This document shows, piece by piece, positions 48,693-59,059 of a DNA stretch of 64,000 nt. Under the pieces are notes generated by a model, which saw nothing but the letters and a program-made list of their open reading frames with translations, had not been told where the DNA came from and made no database searches. The DNA comes from Spirochaetia bacterium. GTDB taxonomy: Bacteria > Spirochaetota > Spirochaetia > SZUA-6 > Bin103. Each line of letters begins with the position of its first letter. Positions within the stretch are counted from its first letter, which is position 1. The stretch is from assembly GCA_965203905.1 (NCBI GenBank), contig CBDBDQ010000005.1:3008001-3072000 (forward strand), in the 5' to 3' direction. Position numbers and translations under genes: made by a program.

Positions 48693-48931
48693 TCGGCCGC
48701 ATCCCAGGGCTCATCCACCGGCTCGAGCGGCTGCTCGTACTTCACCAGCGTACCGCGCAAGGCCGCCAGGTCCGGATCATCCTCCTCTCCGAAGGGGACG
48801 ATCTTGAGCACCGGCGTCCCGCGTTCCGTGATCACAATGGTTTCCCGCTGCTCCTGCACCAGCCGGAAGTACTCGAACGCGCGTGGCTTGAACTGGGATT
48901 TGGAGACCGTCATATGTGGACCATGTACCAT
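48689..48931 (-). CDS. Phd/YefM family antitoxin (alternative start 48913)
   Basis: VSKSQFKPRAFEYFRLV...IVITERGTPVLKIVP; overlaps vapC start (GTGA). Confidence 0.85.
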   Translation of the reverse strand: MVHGPHMTVSKSQFKPRAFEYFRLVQEQRETIVITERGTPVLKIVPFGEEDDPDLAALRGTLVKYEQPLEPVDEPWDAAE

Positions 48932-49025
48932 AGTCCTGATACCGGTGAACCGTCACCCGACAGCCGCTACCACGGGACGCCCTAGCCGAACGGTACGTTC
49001 AGCACGCCCGTTGGGGCGGACCATG

Positions 49026-50114
49026 CTAAGAGGAGTTCGGTCTCAGAATCTGCTGCTGCCCAACGAGATGCTGATAGAGCGCCGGCTTGAGCTGCAACCG
49101 TTCAGAATGGTGACAGGAAACGAAGTGCTCGTCGGTGCCGGGAACCATGGAGAATTGCGGCTCTTCGCCGCTACAGACCTCCGTCGCGTGCCTGCAGCGC
49201 GGATGAAAATAGCATCCCGTCGGCGGATTCAGCGGGCTGGGCACCTCGCCGCTCAGCAGCACGTGCCGTGGCTCCAGCTTCGGGTCCGGTGCCGGGATCG
49301 CCGACAACAGCGCCTCGGTGTAGGGATGCATGGGCCTCTGGTAGAGCTCGTCGCCGCTCGCCAGCTCCACGATCTTACCGAGATACATTACCGCCACCCG
49401 GTCGCACATGTGATAAATCACGCTCAGATTGTGGGCGATGAACAGGTAGCTGAATCCGGATTCGTCCTGAATGTCCTTCAACAGATTGAGAATCTGCGCT
49501 TGTACGGAAACATCCAGTGCAGAAACCGGCTCGTCGCACACTATAAGACTCGGATTCAGCGCAATCGCCCGCGCAATGCCGATCCTCTGTCGCTGGCCGC
49601 CGCTGAATTCGTTAGGAAACCGCTTTAGATGATATTCCGAAAGCCCGACCCGCCGGAGGAGCTCGACAACCCTTTCCCTGCGTTCGCTGCGATCGCCGAT
49701 CTCGTAAACCAGCAGAGGGTCTGCGATGATATCCTCCACCGTTTTGCGTGGATTGAGCGACGAAAAAGGATCCTGGAAGATGATCTGAAATTCCCGCCTC
49801 AACCGGCGTAGTTCTTCACTCGCAAGATCATGTAGACTCAGTATTCTATCGTCACGTGATCGAAAGTGGACTTCACCCTCGTCCGCCTTTAGCAAACGGA
49901 TGATGGCCCTCCCACTGGTGGTCTTGCCGCACCCGCTCTCGCCGACCAGGCCAAGGGTCTCACCTTTCTTCAGGTAGAGACTGATTCCATCGACGGCCTT
50001 GACATGGCCCACGACCCGCTTAAAGAACCCTCTCTTGACGGGAAAATGAACCTTCAGATTGCTAACTTCCAGCAGGACGTCCTGGTCCCTCTGTATACGT
50101 GTCAACTCAGCCAC
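49026..50114 (-). CDS. oppF: Oligopeptide/dipeptide ABC transporter ATP-binding protein
   Basis: [50 protein letters not shown]. Confidence 0.9.
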   Translation of the reverse strand: MAELTRIQRDQDVLLEVSNLKVHFPVKRGFFKRVVGHVKAVDGISLYLKKGETLGLVGESGCGKTTSGRAIIRLLKADEGEVHFRSRDDRILSLHDLASEELRRLRREFQIIFQDPFSSLNPRKTVEDIIADPLLVYEIGDRSERRERVVELLRRVGLSEYHLKRFPNEFSGGQRQRIGIARAIALNPSLIVCDEPVSALDVSVQAQILNLLKDIQDESGFSYLFIAHNLSVIYHMCDRVAVMYLGKIVELASGDELYQRPMHPYTEALLSAIPAPDPKLEPRHVLLSGEVPSPLNPPTGCYFHPRCRHATEVCSGEEPQFSMVPGTDEHFVSCHHSERLQLKPALYQHLVGQQQILRPNSS

Positions 50115-51111
50115 CCGAGCGGTGCAGCCAGCATCTGGCCTGGTGTCCGGCTTCCACTTCGAAAATCGGCGGATCTTCTCGGCATTCATCCATGCGATAA
50201 GGGCAACGGGGTGAAAACAGGCAGCCCTCGGGGATCTCGAACAGATTGGGCACGGATCCGGGGATCGTATAGAGACGCTCCCGCTCGTCCGCGGTAATGA
50301 GCGGAATCGAATTCAACAAACCGAGGGTATAGGGATGCTTCGGGTTGGAAAAAATGGAGTTTACGTCGGCGGCCTCGACGATCTTGCCCATGTACATGAC
50401 GACCACCTGGTCGGCCATCTCGCCGATCACGCCCAGATCGTGGGTGATCATCATGATCGACATGTCGAGTCCGGACTTCAGCTCTCTCAGGAGGGTCAGA
50501 ATCTGCGCTTCGATGGTTACGTCCAGCGCCGTCGTGGGCTCGTCGGCGATCAGCAGGCTGGGATTACAGGACAGCGCCATGGCGATCATCGCCCTCTGCC
50601 GCATGCCCCCGCTCAACTGGTAGGGAAAGTCGTCCACCCTTTGCTCGGGAGCGGAGATGCCTACCTGGTCGAAGAGCTCGATGGTACGTTCACGGGCAAC
50701 GTTCTTCTCCGTATCCTGATGCAAAATGATGGCCTCGGCTACCTGGTTCCCTATCGTGTACACGGGATTGAACGCGGTCATCGGATCCTGGAACACCATG
50801 GCGATCTCGTTGCCGCGGAGTTTGCGCATCGCCGCCGCGTTGGGCGAGTAGGAGGTCACGTCGGTCACGCCACCGTCCTCTCCATAGTAGAGAATCTGGC
50901 CGGCAAGAATGCGGCCGGGCAGCGGCACCAACTGGAGTATCGAGAGGGCGGTCACGCTCTTGCCGCAGCCACTCTCTCCAACAACACCCAGGACCTCTCC
51001 TTTCTTGACGGTGAAGCTGACACCGTCAACGGCCTTCACTATCCCCTCGACGGTGAAAAAATGAGTCTTCAGATCCGTTACTTCGACGATCTTCTCTCGG
51101 GAAGGCAACAT
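50107..51111 (-). CDS. oppD: Oligopeptide/dipeptide ABC transporter ATP-binding protein
   Basis: [43 protein letters not shown]. Confidence 0.9.
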   Translation of the reverse strand: MLPSREKIVEVTDLKTHFFTVEGIVKAVDGVSFTVKKGEVLGVVGESGCGKSVTALSILQLVPLPGRILAGQILYYGEDGGVTDVTSYSPNAAAMRKLRGNEIAMVFQDPMTAFNPVYTIGNQVAEAIILHQDTEKNVARERTIELFDQVGISAPEQRVDDFPYQLSGGMRQRAMIAMALSCNPSLLIADEPTTALDVTIEAQILTLLRELKSGLDMSIMMITHDLGVIGEMADQVVVMYMGKIVEAADVNSIFSNPKHPYTLGLLNSIPLITADERERLYTIPGSVPNLFEIPEGCLFSPRCPYRMDECREDPPIFEVEAGHQARCWLHRSGG

Positions 51112-51119
51112 TGAATTCG

Positions 51120-52223
51120 CTATGCGCTCTGGTACGGATCCACCGCGCTGCGCACTCCGTCTCCAACAAAGTTGAAGGCCACGATAGCGATAACCACGAA
51201 TATCCCCGGTATCAAGAGCCAGGGATGAATAATGACCTCCTGGAAGTTCTGCGCCTCCTGCAGGAGGACGCCCCAGCTCACCGCCGGCTTGCGCAGTCCG
51301 ATACCCAGGAAACTCAGCGAGGTCTCCATGAGGATCATCCCGGGAATCCCCAAAGACACCGCCACAATGATGTAGCTGGCGATGTTCGGCATCAGATGGG
51401 AAAAAATTATTCGCCCGTCTTTCGCTCCGTAACTTCTGGCAGCCTGTATGTAGTCCTCACCTTTCAGCGAAATGAGCTTGCTACGAACCCCGCGCGCCGC
51501 GTGAGGCCAGTTGGTGAGAGAGGCGATGAACACTATTGCCAGGTAGGTCTTCAAAATTGGCCAATTGGTTGGCACCGCTGCCGCCAGCGCCATCCACAAT
51601 GGGAGCTTTGGGACGGTCAGAAGAAGCTCGCTCAAGCGTTGAATGATGTCATCGACGAGGCCGCCATAGTAGCCCGAAATACCACCGAGCACGACGCTGA
51701 TCACGATTGTGATGAGCACGCCCACAAGCGCAAGGCTCAATGAGATACGACAGGCAAAAATCGTACGGCTGAAGATGCCCCGCCCCAAGGAATCGGACCC
51801 GAAGAGGAATACCGGAGGGCCGCCCTCGGTTCCGAACAGATGAATGTCCGTCTTGAATATCCCCAGGAGGCGGTACTCAAAGCCCTTCGCAAAAAACAAT
51901 ATCGGATGCTCCCCGCCTTCAACTACCGTGAAGGTAGTCTGAAACGTGCTCGGATCTATCGTCTTCTCGTAGGTGTGGACAAACGGCCGCAGGTGGAATC
52001 TGCCGGCATCGTCGACGAACCGGAACATGCGTATTGGCGAGAAGTTGTGCCCCTCATGTTGCTTGAAAGGAGAGACCGGGATGATGAAATCGCCAAAAAC
52101 GACGAGCAGCAGAAAAAAGCCGAGTATCCACATGGATATGAGGGCGGCTTTGTGGTTCTTGAATCTGAGCCAGATCAGTCTCCAGTTCGACCGATACTTC
52201 GGCGTGGTGGCCAAGTCAGTCAC
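51120..52223 (-). CDS. oppC: Peptide-type ABC transporter permease
   Basis: FGSDSLGR, EDYIQAARSYGA, ETSLSFLGIG, NFVGDG. Confidence 0.88.
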   Translation of the reverse strand: MTDLATTPKYRSNWRLIWLRFKNHKAALISMWILGFFLLLVVFGDFIIPVSPFKQHEGHNFSPIRMFRFVDDAGRFHLRPFVHTYEKTIDPSTFQTTFTVVEGGEHPILFFAKGFEYRLLGIFKTDIHLFGTEGGPPVFLFGSDSLGRGIFSRTIFACRISLSLALVGVLITIVISVVLGGISGYYGGLVDDIIQRLSELLLTVPKLPLWMALAAAVPTNWPILKTYLAIVFIASLTNWPHAARGVRSKLISLKGEDYIQAARSYGAKDGRIIFSHLMPNIASYIIVAVSLGIPGMILMETSLSFLGIGLRKPAVSWGVLLQEAQNFQEVIIHPWLLIPGIFVVIAIVAFNFVGDGVRSAVDPYQSA

Positions 52224-52226
52224 GGG

Positions 52227-53231
52227 TCACTCCGTCGCCGACTCGTAGGATATGCGCGGATCTGACACGGCCAACAGAATGTCCGACAGCAGAGTGCCGA
52301 AGATCGTCAGAGTACTCAAGAGGAACACGATGGCGCCGGCGAGGTACATGTCCTGGCTCAAGAGCGCCCGGTACAGCAGAGGCCCAACGTCAGGGATGTT
52401 TGCCACCAGGGACACGATGACGGTACCCGAAATGATGTAGGGCAACTGCCAACCTGCCGCGGCTATCACGGGGTTCAGCGCGAGTCGCAGGGGGTACTTC
52501 ATGATGATCCTGATCTCGGACAGGCCCTTGGCCCTTGCCACGCGCATATAATCCTTGCCCAGCTCATCGAGCATGGCCGCGCGCAGCACCCTGACCGTGG
52601 CGGCAGTGCTGGACACGCCGAGCACGATGATTGGTACCAACAGGTGCTTGATCAGATCAATCAGCTTGGCGAAACTGAATGGTGCGTCCTGGAACTCTGG
52701 TGAAAACAGGCCGCCGATGGGGAAGTCGAGGTACAAGAACGCAATGACTATCAGAACCAGTGCAAGGAGGAAACTGGGTATCGAGATTCCGACGAAAGAT
52801 GCGAAGGTAAAGAAGTAGTCGGAAAACCTATTCTGCCGGACCGCGGTGAAAATACCTATCGGAACTGCGGCAACATAGAGAAACACAAGCGTTCCGACAC
52901 CAATGAGAAGGGTTATTGGCAGCCGCTCTCGGAGTAGTGAGCTGACCGGTTTGTTCCATGAGAAGGACAGGCCAAAATCTCCCTTCGTGAGAATGTTTCC
53001 GATCCACTTGAAATAGCGTATGAAGATCGGCTTGTCGAGACCGTAGCGGTTTCTTATTAGCGTAAGAAGAGCATCGGTGCGTTCCGGGTTCGCATCCTGC
53101 ATCACCAACCGTGACACATAGGTCGTTGCGAAGTCCCCGGGCGGGGCCTCCATAACCAGGAAGGAAAGAATGGAGACCAGGACCACCAGCAGGAATGCAG
53201 TCAATACTCTCCTGATTACGTATGCGGCCAT
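52227..53231 (-). CDS. oppB: Peptide-type ABC transporter permease
   Basis: APPGD, YGLDKP, GDFGLS, DYMRVARAKGL, DPRI. Confidence 0.88.
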   Translation of the reverse strand: MAAYVIRRVLTAFLLVVLVSILSFLVMEAPPGDFATTYVSRLVMQDANPERTDALLTLIRNRYGLDKPIFIRYFKWIGNILTKGDFGLSFSWNKPVSSLLRERLPITLLIGVGTLVFLYVAAVPIGIFTAVRQNRFSDYFFTFASFVGISIPSFLLALVLIVIAFLYLDFPIGGLFSPEFQDAPFSFAKLIDLIKHLLVPIIVLGVSSTAATVRVLRAAMLDELGKDYMRVARAKGLSEIRIIMKYPLRLALNPVIAAAGWQLPYIISGTVIVSLVANIPDVGPLLYRALLSQDMYLAGAIVFLLSTLTIFGTLLSDILLAVSDPRISYESATE

Positions 53232-53309
53232 GTGCGTCTCGTATCTCAGCGCCGCAGAGCGATCATTCCGCTAGCCCAAGGTTTCGACAGGTACTTGGTT
53301 CAACAGAGA

Positions 53310-53347
53310 CCGGCAGACGAGCCGCTGGTTGGCGGATCGTCTGCCGG
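53310..53347 (-). terminator. Stem-loop after SBP genes
   Basis: CCGGCAGACGA / TCGTCTGCCGG 11-bp stem. Confidence 0.55.
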
Positions 53348-53366
53348 AGTCGTGAGGCGGTAGCCG

Positions 53367-55475
53367 TTACAACCAGCCTTTCTCTTTGGCCCGCTGTACC
53401 CAGTCCCCGCCTTGTGCCTCGTAGTATTCGAACAGCTTGCTTTCGCTCTCCTCAACCATTGGCCGACTCTCGTAGTAGAACTGCGACGGCACATAGGGAT
53501 TGGTCCACCAGGTGTCCCAGAGAAAGAGCAGAGGGCCGTCTTCCAACGTTGGGAAGTTGCGCATGTCTTCGGCCACGATAACCGGGGCAGGTGAATAGCT
53601 GACGGTCTCAATGGTCCAGACATTTTCCGCCCGTATCTCATTCACCCTGAGTCCCCACTTGATCCTGTCCTCGGCCGATGCAGCTTTGCCCAGCTTGTTG
53701 TAATAGACGTCGATCAATTCCTTGTATTCCGCTGGCGGCTCGTCCCCCACGGAGCCCTCGGATACGTACCATTGATACCAGGAAACGCCTGTCTGGGGAA
53801 AACCTGAGTTGATGTAGATGATCGGAAACGCCTGAGGAACTATGTTGTGCTTGTGCCAGACCCGCATGACCGGGTCGTTGGTACCTCCGCGCTGCGCGAA
53901 CAGGCTGTGATCGTACTCCTTGATGTTCACGTTCAGCCCTATGTCCTGCCAGCCGTTGGCGACTATCTCCAGAGGTTCGCTGCGGCCGACGTGGGCGACG
54001 CTGTACTCGATGACCCACTCGATCGTTCTTCCTTCAGGATCGTCACGCCAGCCGTCGCCGTCCTGGTCTACGACGCCAAGTTCGTCCAGAATAGCTGCTG
54101 CCGCAGCGGGATCGTATTCCGCATACTTGGTCTGGAACTCGGGCCGGTACCACTCGCTTCCCTCCATGATGGTATTTCTGACGCCTTTGCCGACGCCCTG
54201 ATACACTTCATCGACGATCCGCTGTCTGTTGACCGAGATGGAAAGGGCAATGCGAAAGTCCTTGTTTCTGACCAGTTCGCGCATGACCTCGTTATCGGTG
54301 CTGTAGTTGATGTCCATGGCGGGATTGTTCGCACCGTTCAGCCAGATTTCCGTGCGGTATCCACCGCGCTCCTCGTACTGCTTGTACAACGGCAGCTTGG
54401 TGGTGTCGGTATGGAGTGCCTGGAAGTCGGACTCACCGGAGATGACCTTGCCATCGATCATCTGCAACTCGGAGACGAACTCGCCGATGATCCGGTCTAT
54501 GTACGGAAGCTGGTTGCGGGCGGTGTCGACGGTCCAGTAGTAGGGATTGCGTTCGAATACCATTCTGGTATCGCTCTTGTCGGTAACCACGTACGACATG
54601 ATGGTCGGGGGGAAGTCGCCAAAACGTTGCACTGAGCTCTGGTAACCGCGACCGAGAAAGGAATAGAGCTGGTGCCACTCTTCGAACCCCGCCGCCTCGG
54701 CGCGCTTCTTTGCCTCCGCTTCGCCGACGATGTCCGGGTGGTACTGCAGCTTGAAGTGCATCGGAACTATCCACGATTCGATCATCCAGCCGTTGCTCAT
54801 CATGTTGACCAGGTTGGGATAGGGCTCCGGTGAGGTATAACGAAGCGTGAATTCGTCTACGACCTCCTTCTTGACTACCCGGCCGACCTCGAGACCGGCA
54901 CCGGGTTCATTGACGAACGATACTGAATTGTCGTCGATAGTGACATTCTTCTCCTTTATGCTCGGATTGATAAAGGAATTGGATCTGTCGTACTTCCAGA
55001 ACTGGTAGAAGTTCTCCGTCGTCAAGGGATGTCCGTCGGACCACTTGAGGCCTCTTCTCAGGTGGAAGGTCCACTCCGTGAAGTCGTCTGTGACCTCATA
55101 TCCGGCAAACACCTGGGGAGCTCCCGGATGGCCGTCGGGAGTAACTGCGAAGGGGCTGTCGGCTCCCAGGTACAACTGAAGGTCCCAGGATCCGTTGGGA
55201 TCGCCGGTGTAAAACACCCGACCGGTGCCACCGTATGTGCCGACCGCGTGGAGCGGCTCCACTACCCGTGGATTCTCGGGCAAGCGCTCGTCGACCGGCG
55301 GGATCAGACCCTGCTCGACCATCTTGGCAAGGAGCGGATGCTCATTGTATCCGCCGCTCCCCGTCAGAACATTCTCTTCGGCCTTCGCCTCGGTCGTTTC
55401 GGTGCCCCCGGCCGCAAACGCCGCGGTTCCCGCGAGTAACAGGATGCAGGCACCAAGCAATGTCTTTTTGCTCAT
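53367..55475 (-). CDS. Peptide-type (family 5) ABC substrate-binding protein, copy 1
   Basis: Signal AFAAGGTE; LIPPVDERLP, LRRGLKWSDGHP, ERNPYYW.VD...NQLPYID. Confidence 0.9.
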   Translation of the reverse strand: MSKKTLLGACILLLAGTAAFAAGGTETTEAKAEENVLTGSGGYNEHPLLAKMVEQGLIPPVDERLPENPRVVEPLHAVGTYGGTGRVFYTGDPNGSWDLQLYLGADSPFAVTPDGHPGAPQVFAGYEVTDDFTEWTFHLRRGLKWSDGHPLTTENFYQFWKYDRSNSFINPSIKEKNVTIDDNSVSFVNEPGAGLEVGRVVKKEVVDEFTLRYTSPEPYPNLVNMMSNGWMIESWIVPMHFKLQYHPDIVGEAEAKKRAEAAGFEEWHQLYSFLGRGYQSSVQRFGDFPPTIMSYVVTDKSDTRMVFERNPYYWTVDTARNQLPYIDRIIGEFVSELQMIDGKVISGESDFQALHTDTTKLPLYKQYEERGGYRTEIWLNGANNPAMDINYSTDNEVMRELVRNKDFRIALSISVNRQRIVDEVYQGVGKGVRNTIMEGSEWYRPEFQTKYAEYDPAAAAAILDELGVVDQDGDGWRDDPEGRTIEWVIEYSVAHVGRSEPLEIVANGWQDIGLNVNIKEYDHSLFAQRGGTNDPVMRVWHKHNIVPQAFPIIYINSGFPQTGVSWYQWYVSEGSVGDEPPAEYKELIDVYYNKLGKAASAEDRIKWGLRVNEIRAENVWTIETVSYSPAPVIVAEDMRNFPTLEDGPLLFLWDTWWTNPYVPSQFYYESRPMVEESESKLFEYYEAQGGDWVQRAKEKGWL

Positions 55476-55562
55476 TCTTTCCCTCCTGAGAGAATGATGT
55501 TTTCCGCCCTCAGGCCCCCAATCGAGATCCTCTGTGGGACGAGTTGTCAATATACGGGTCTT

Positions 55563-57677
55563 CTACAACCAGCCTTTTTCCTTAGCCCGTTGTATCCAAT
55601 CTCCGCCTTGAGCTTCATAGTATTCGAACAGCTTGCTATCGCTTTCGTCTACCATTGGCCGATTCTCGAAGTAGAATTGTGCTGGCACATAGGGATTGGT
55701 CCACCAGGTATCCCAGAGGAACAGAAGAGGGTCGTCCTCATTCGGAAAATTCCTCATGTCTTCTGCGACGATAACAGGCGCCGGCGTGTAACTGGCGGTC
55801 TCTATGGCCCAGACGTTTTCCGCCCTGAGCTCGTTGATCCTCAAGCCGTACTCGGTGCGCTGCTCCTTGGAGGTCGCCTTGGCGAACTTGTTATAGAAAA
55901 CGTCGATCAGCTCCTTGTACACCGCAGGGGGTTCGTCCCCTACCGCTCCCTCGGTTACATACCACTGATACCAGGAAGCGCCATGCTGAGGGAATCCCAC
56001 GTTGATGTAGAGAAACGGAAACGACTGGGGAACCGTACCGACATAGTGCCAGACGTGCATAACCGGCTCATTGGTGCCACGTCTCTCGCCAAACAGGTTG
56101 TGATCATACTCTTTGATGTTGGCGTTCAGCCCAATCTCCTGCCAACCGTTGACTATGATCTCAAGCGGTTCGGCGCGGCCCACATGGACCGTGCTGTATT
56201 CCAAGACCCACTCTATGTCCCTGCCTTGTCGGTCTTCGCGCCAGCCGTCGTTGTCGACGTCGACGACGCCGAGCTCATCCAGGATCTTTTTTGCCTTGTC
56301 GGGATCGTACTCGGCGTGCATGGTGGCGAACTCGGGTCGGTACCAATCGCTACCCTCCATGATCGTGTTTCTCATTCCTTGCCCGATGCCCTGGTACACC
56401 TCGTCGACAATGCGTTGCCGGTTGATCGAAATGGATAGAGCGATGCGAAACTCGAGGGTCCTGAGCAACTCCCGCATGACTTCATTTTCGGTGCTATAAA
56501 AGATGCCAATGGCGGGGTTGTTCGCGGGGTTCAGCCAAATTTCCGTGCGATAGTCACCTCTCTCCTCGAACTGCTTGTACAACGGCAGTTTGGTGGTGTC
56601 GGTATGCAGGGCCTGAAAATCCGACTCTCCGGAAATGATCTTTCCTTCGATCATCTCCAGCTCGGTAACGAATTCAGCGAACAGCCTGTCGATGTAGGGG
56701 AGCTGGTTGCGCGCGGTGTCCACCGACCAGTAGTAGGGATTGCGCTCGAACACCAATCTGGTGTCGCTCTTGTCCGTCAGTACATGCGACATGATGGTAG
56801 GCGGGAAGTCGCCAAAGCGCTGCACTGAACTCTGGTAACCGCGCCCGAGCAGATCGTAGAGCTGATGCCATTCTTCGTAGCCCGCCGCTATTGCCTTTTC
56901 TTTGGCTTCTTCCTCTCCCACAACATCAGGATGGTACTGCACTTTGAAGTGCATCGGCACTATCCAAGATTCCACCATCCAGCCGTTGCTCATGAGGTGA
57001 ATCAGATTGGGATACGACTCTTCGGTGGTATAGCGAATGGTATAGTCGTCGACGACTTCTTTGGTCACGACCCTGCCGACCTCTAATCCCTGACCCGGTT
57101 CGTTGACGAAGCGAACGGAGTTCTCGGTAATCGTTACATTTTCTTCCTTTATGCTGGGATTGACGAAAGGATTAGACCTGTCGTAGCGCCAGAATTGATA
57201 GTAATTCTCCGCAGTAAGAGGATGGCCGTCGGACCACTTGAGTCCTTTTCGTAGATAGAAGGTCCACTCAGTGAAGTCGTCAGATACTTCATACCCCTTG
57301 AATACCTGGGGGACACCGGGGTGTCCATCCGGGGTGGTTGAAAACGGGCTGTCACCGCCAAGAAACAACTGAATGTCCCAAGAACCGTTTGGATCGCCCA
57401 TGTAGAACAAGCGGCCAGTGCCGCCGTACTTTCCCACCTCGTCGTGCGGTTCCACGACGCGCGGTTCTTCCGGCAGGCGTTCGTCGACAGGTGGGATCAA
57501 GCCCTGCTCTACCATTTTGCTCAGCAGCGGATGCTCATTGTATGTTCCGGTTCCTGCCACCACGGCCGGTTCCGTCGTTTCCTCCGTCGTTTCCGTGCCG
57601 GCCCCGGCAAAAGCGCCGGTTCCCGCAACTAGCAGGATGCACGGGACACTGAATAATTTGAACAGTTTTTTGCTCAT
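55563..57677 (-). CDS. Peptide-type (family 5) ABC substrate-binding protein, copy 2
   Basis: Colinear paralog of 53367-55475 with the same motifs; both end QRAKEKGWL. Confidence 0.9.
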   Translation of the reverse strand: MSKKLFKLFSVPCILLVAGTGAFAGAGTETTEETTEPAVVAGTGTYNEHPLLSKMVEQGLIPPVDERLPEEPRVVEPHDEVGKYGGTGRLFYMGDPNGSWDIQLFLGGDSPFSTTPDGHPGVPQVFKGYEVSDDFTEWTFYLRKGLKWSDGHPLTAENYYQFWRYDRSNPFVNPSIKEENVTITENSVRFVNEPGQGLEVGRVVTKEVVDDYTIRYTTEESYPNLIHLMSNGWMVESWIVPMHFKVQYHPDVVGEEEAKEKAIAAGYEEWHQLYDLLGRGYQSSVQRFGDFPPTIMSHVLTDKSDTRLVFERNPYYWSVDTARNQLPYIDRLFAEFVTELEMIEGKIISGESDFQALHTDTTKLPLYKQFEERGDYRTEIWLNPANNPAIGIFYSTENEVMRELLRTLEFRIALSISINRQRIVDEVYQGIGQGMRNTIMEGSDWYRPEFATMHAEYDPDKAKKILDELGVVDVDNDGWREDRQGRDIEWVLEYSTVHVGRAEPLEIIVNGWQEIGLNANIKEYDHNLFGERRGTNEPVMHVWHYVGTVPQSFPFLYINVGFPQHGASWYQWYVTEGAVGDEPPAVYKELIDVFYNKFAKATSKEQRTEYGLRINELRAENVWAIETASYTPAPVIVAEDMRNFPNEDDPLLFLWDTWWTNPYVPAQFYFENRPMVDESDSKLFEYYEAQGGDWIQRAKEKGWL

Positions 57678-57987
57678 TTGCTCCTCCTGTGAAGAGATGA
57701 CAGTGTTTCCCCTATAGAACCCGCTGTTGGGGGTATCTTGAGGGCAATGAAGTCGGTGTACATGGTATTGTAATCCTTGTCAAGGCCGTGCATTGCCGCA
57801 TTGCCTCACCAGGAATCCAGCAGTAGCGGCTGGCCCTCGGGGTCTGGTTTGAGCTTCTCTGAGGCAAAGGACGAGGTTCCAGAGGGAGAGGTCAGCAGCA
57901 CGTCTGCCGGAACGGGGTGGCGTTAGCGGTAGAAGTCGTCGCGCCACCTGCGCAGCATTAGAACCGGCTGCGAATCGGTGGGCGGCA

Positions 57988-58845
57988 CTACTTCAGACCG
58001 GGACCGGCGACATTGTTCCAGGTGGCCGGCTCGACCGCGCCGTCGTAGACCGGCATCACGTCGCCGACGATGGGGCGGGTCTGCTCGAGCCACCGGGACC
58101 AGTCGGGCCGCTCGGTGACGTGGCCGGCGATCAGCGCCTGCACCTCCTCGGGAAGTTCGTCGTAGGCGGGCCAGTACCAGATGGTGAGCACCGTCCGGCG
58201 CTCGCCGGAGCGGTTGGCGTGGGCGGAATGGAACATACGCGCGTCGCCCACCACCACGTCGCCGGCGCGCACCGGCACGTCCACCTCGCCGGCCGCGGGC
58301 TGCAGGGCCGGGTGCTCCAGGTTGGCGGCGGTGCCCACTTCGTCCGAATCGTGCGCCTGGCGCGGCAGGTCGTGCAGCGCATGCCGCCTCCGGTGCGAGC
58401 CCGGGATCACCCGCAGACAGCCGTTGTCGCGGTTGGTGTCGACCAGATAGTACATCAGGAAGTACTGCTGCGGCCGGTCGGTGTAGCTGATCGGGTGGTC
58501 CCACAGCACCCCGTCCTGGTGCCAGTAGAGCGGCGGAGCGTGCGGCGGCTTGCTGATCACGAATCCGCTCCACGCCCGCGGCCGCTCGAACCCCATGGCC
58601 GCGAACACCCCCAGCGCGCGCGGGTCGGCGAGCAACTCGGCGAACGCCGGATGGGGAAACTTCCAGTAGGGAATGATACATCCCTGCGCGCGATGCTGCT
58701 GGAAATGCTCGGGATCCTCCTGCGAGATGGTCCAGTCGCTCATCGCGTTCAGTTTCGCCACGGTGCCGGCATCCAGCACGTTCTCGAAGATGCAGAAGCC
58801 GTCGCGTATCAGTTGTTCCCGCTTTGCCTGCTCCCGTATGCGCAT
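57988..58845 (-). CDS. PhyH family dioxygenase
   Basis: RDGFCIFENVL, SKPP...WHQD, NGCLRVIPGSH, GDVVVGDARMFHSAHAN.S..RR. Confidence 0.9.
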   Translation of the reverse strand: MRIREQAKREQLIRDGFCIFENVLDAGTVAKLNAMSDWTISQEDPEHFQQHRAQGCIIPYWKFPHPAFAELLADPRALGVFAAMGFERPRAWSGFVISKPPHAPPLYWHQDGVLWDHPISYTDRPQQYFLMYYLVDTNRDNGCLRVIPGSHRRRHALHDLPRQAHDSDEVGTAANLEHPALQPAAGEVDVPVRAGDVVVGDARMFHSAHANRSGERRTVLTIWYWPAYDELPEEVQALIAGHVTERPDWSRWLEQTRPIVGDVMPVYDGAVEPATWNNVAGPGLK

Positions 58846-59059
58846 TCACCCTCCTCCTCAGGAACGTCCTCAGTACGGCTGACCGTATGTCAACGGCCAT
58901 GCCCGTCCACGTCAAGTGTAGCATTGCCTCACGCAGATTCCACACGAACGACTTTGCCCACGTTTGCCGCATGACACAGCGCAAGGCTTTCAGGCGCGAG
59001 CTGTCGCGGCGGTGCCGGCGCGACACGCCGAGCCGGTAGTGGAGGGACACGGCGATTCC

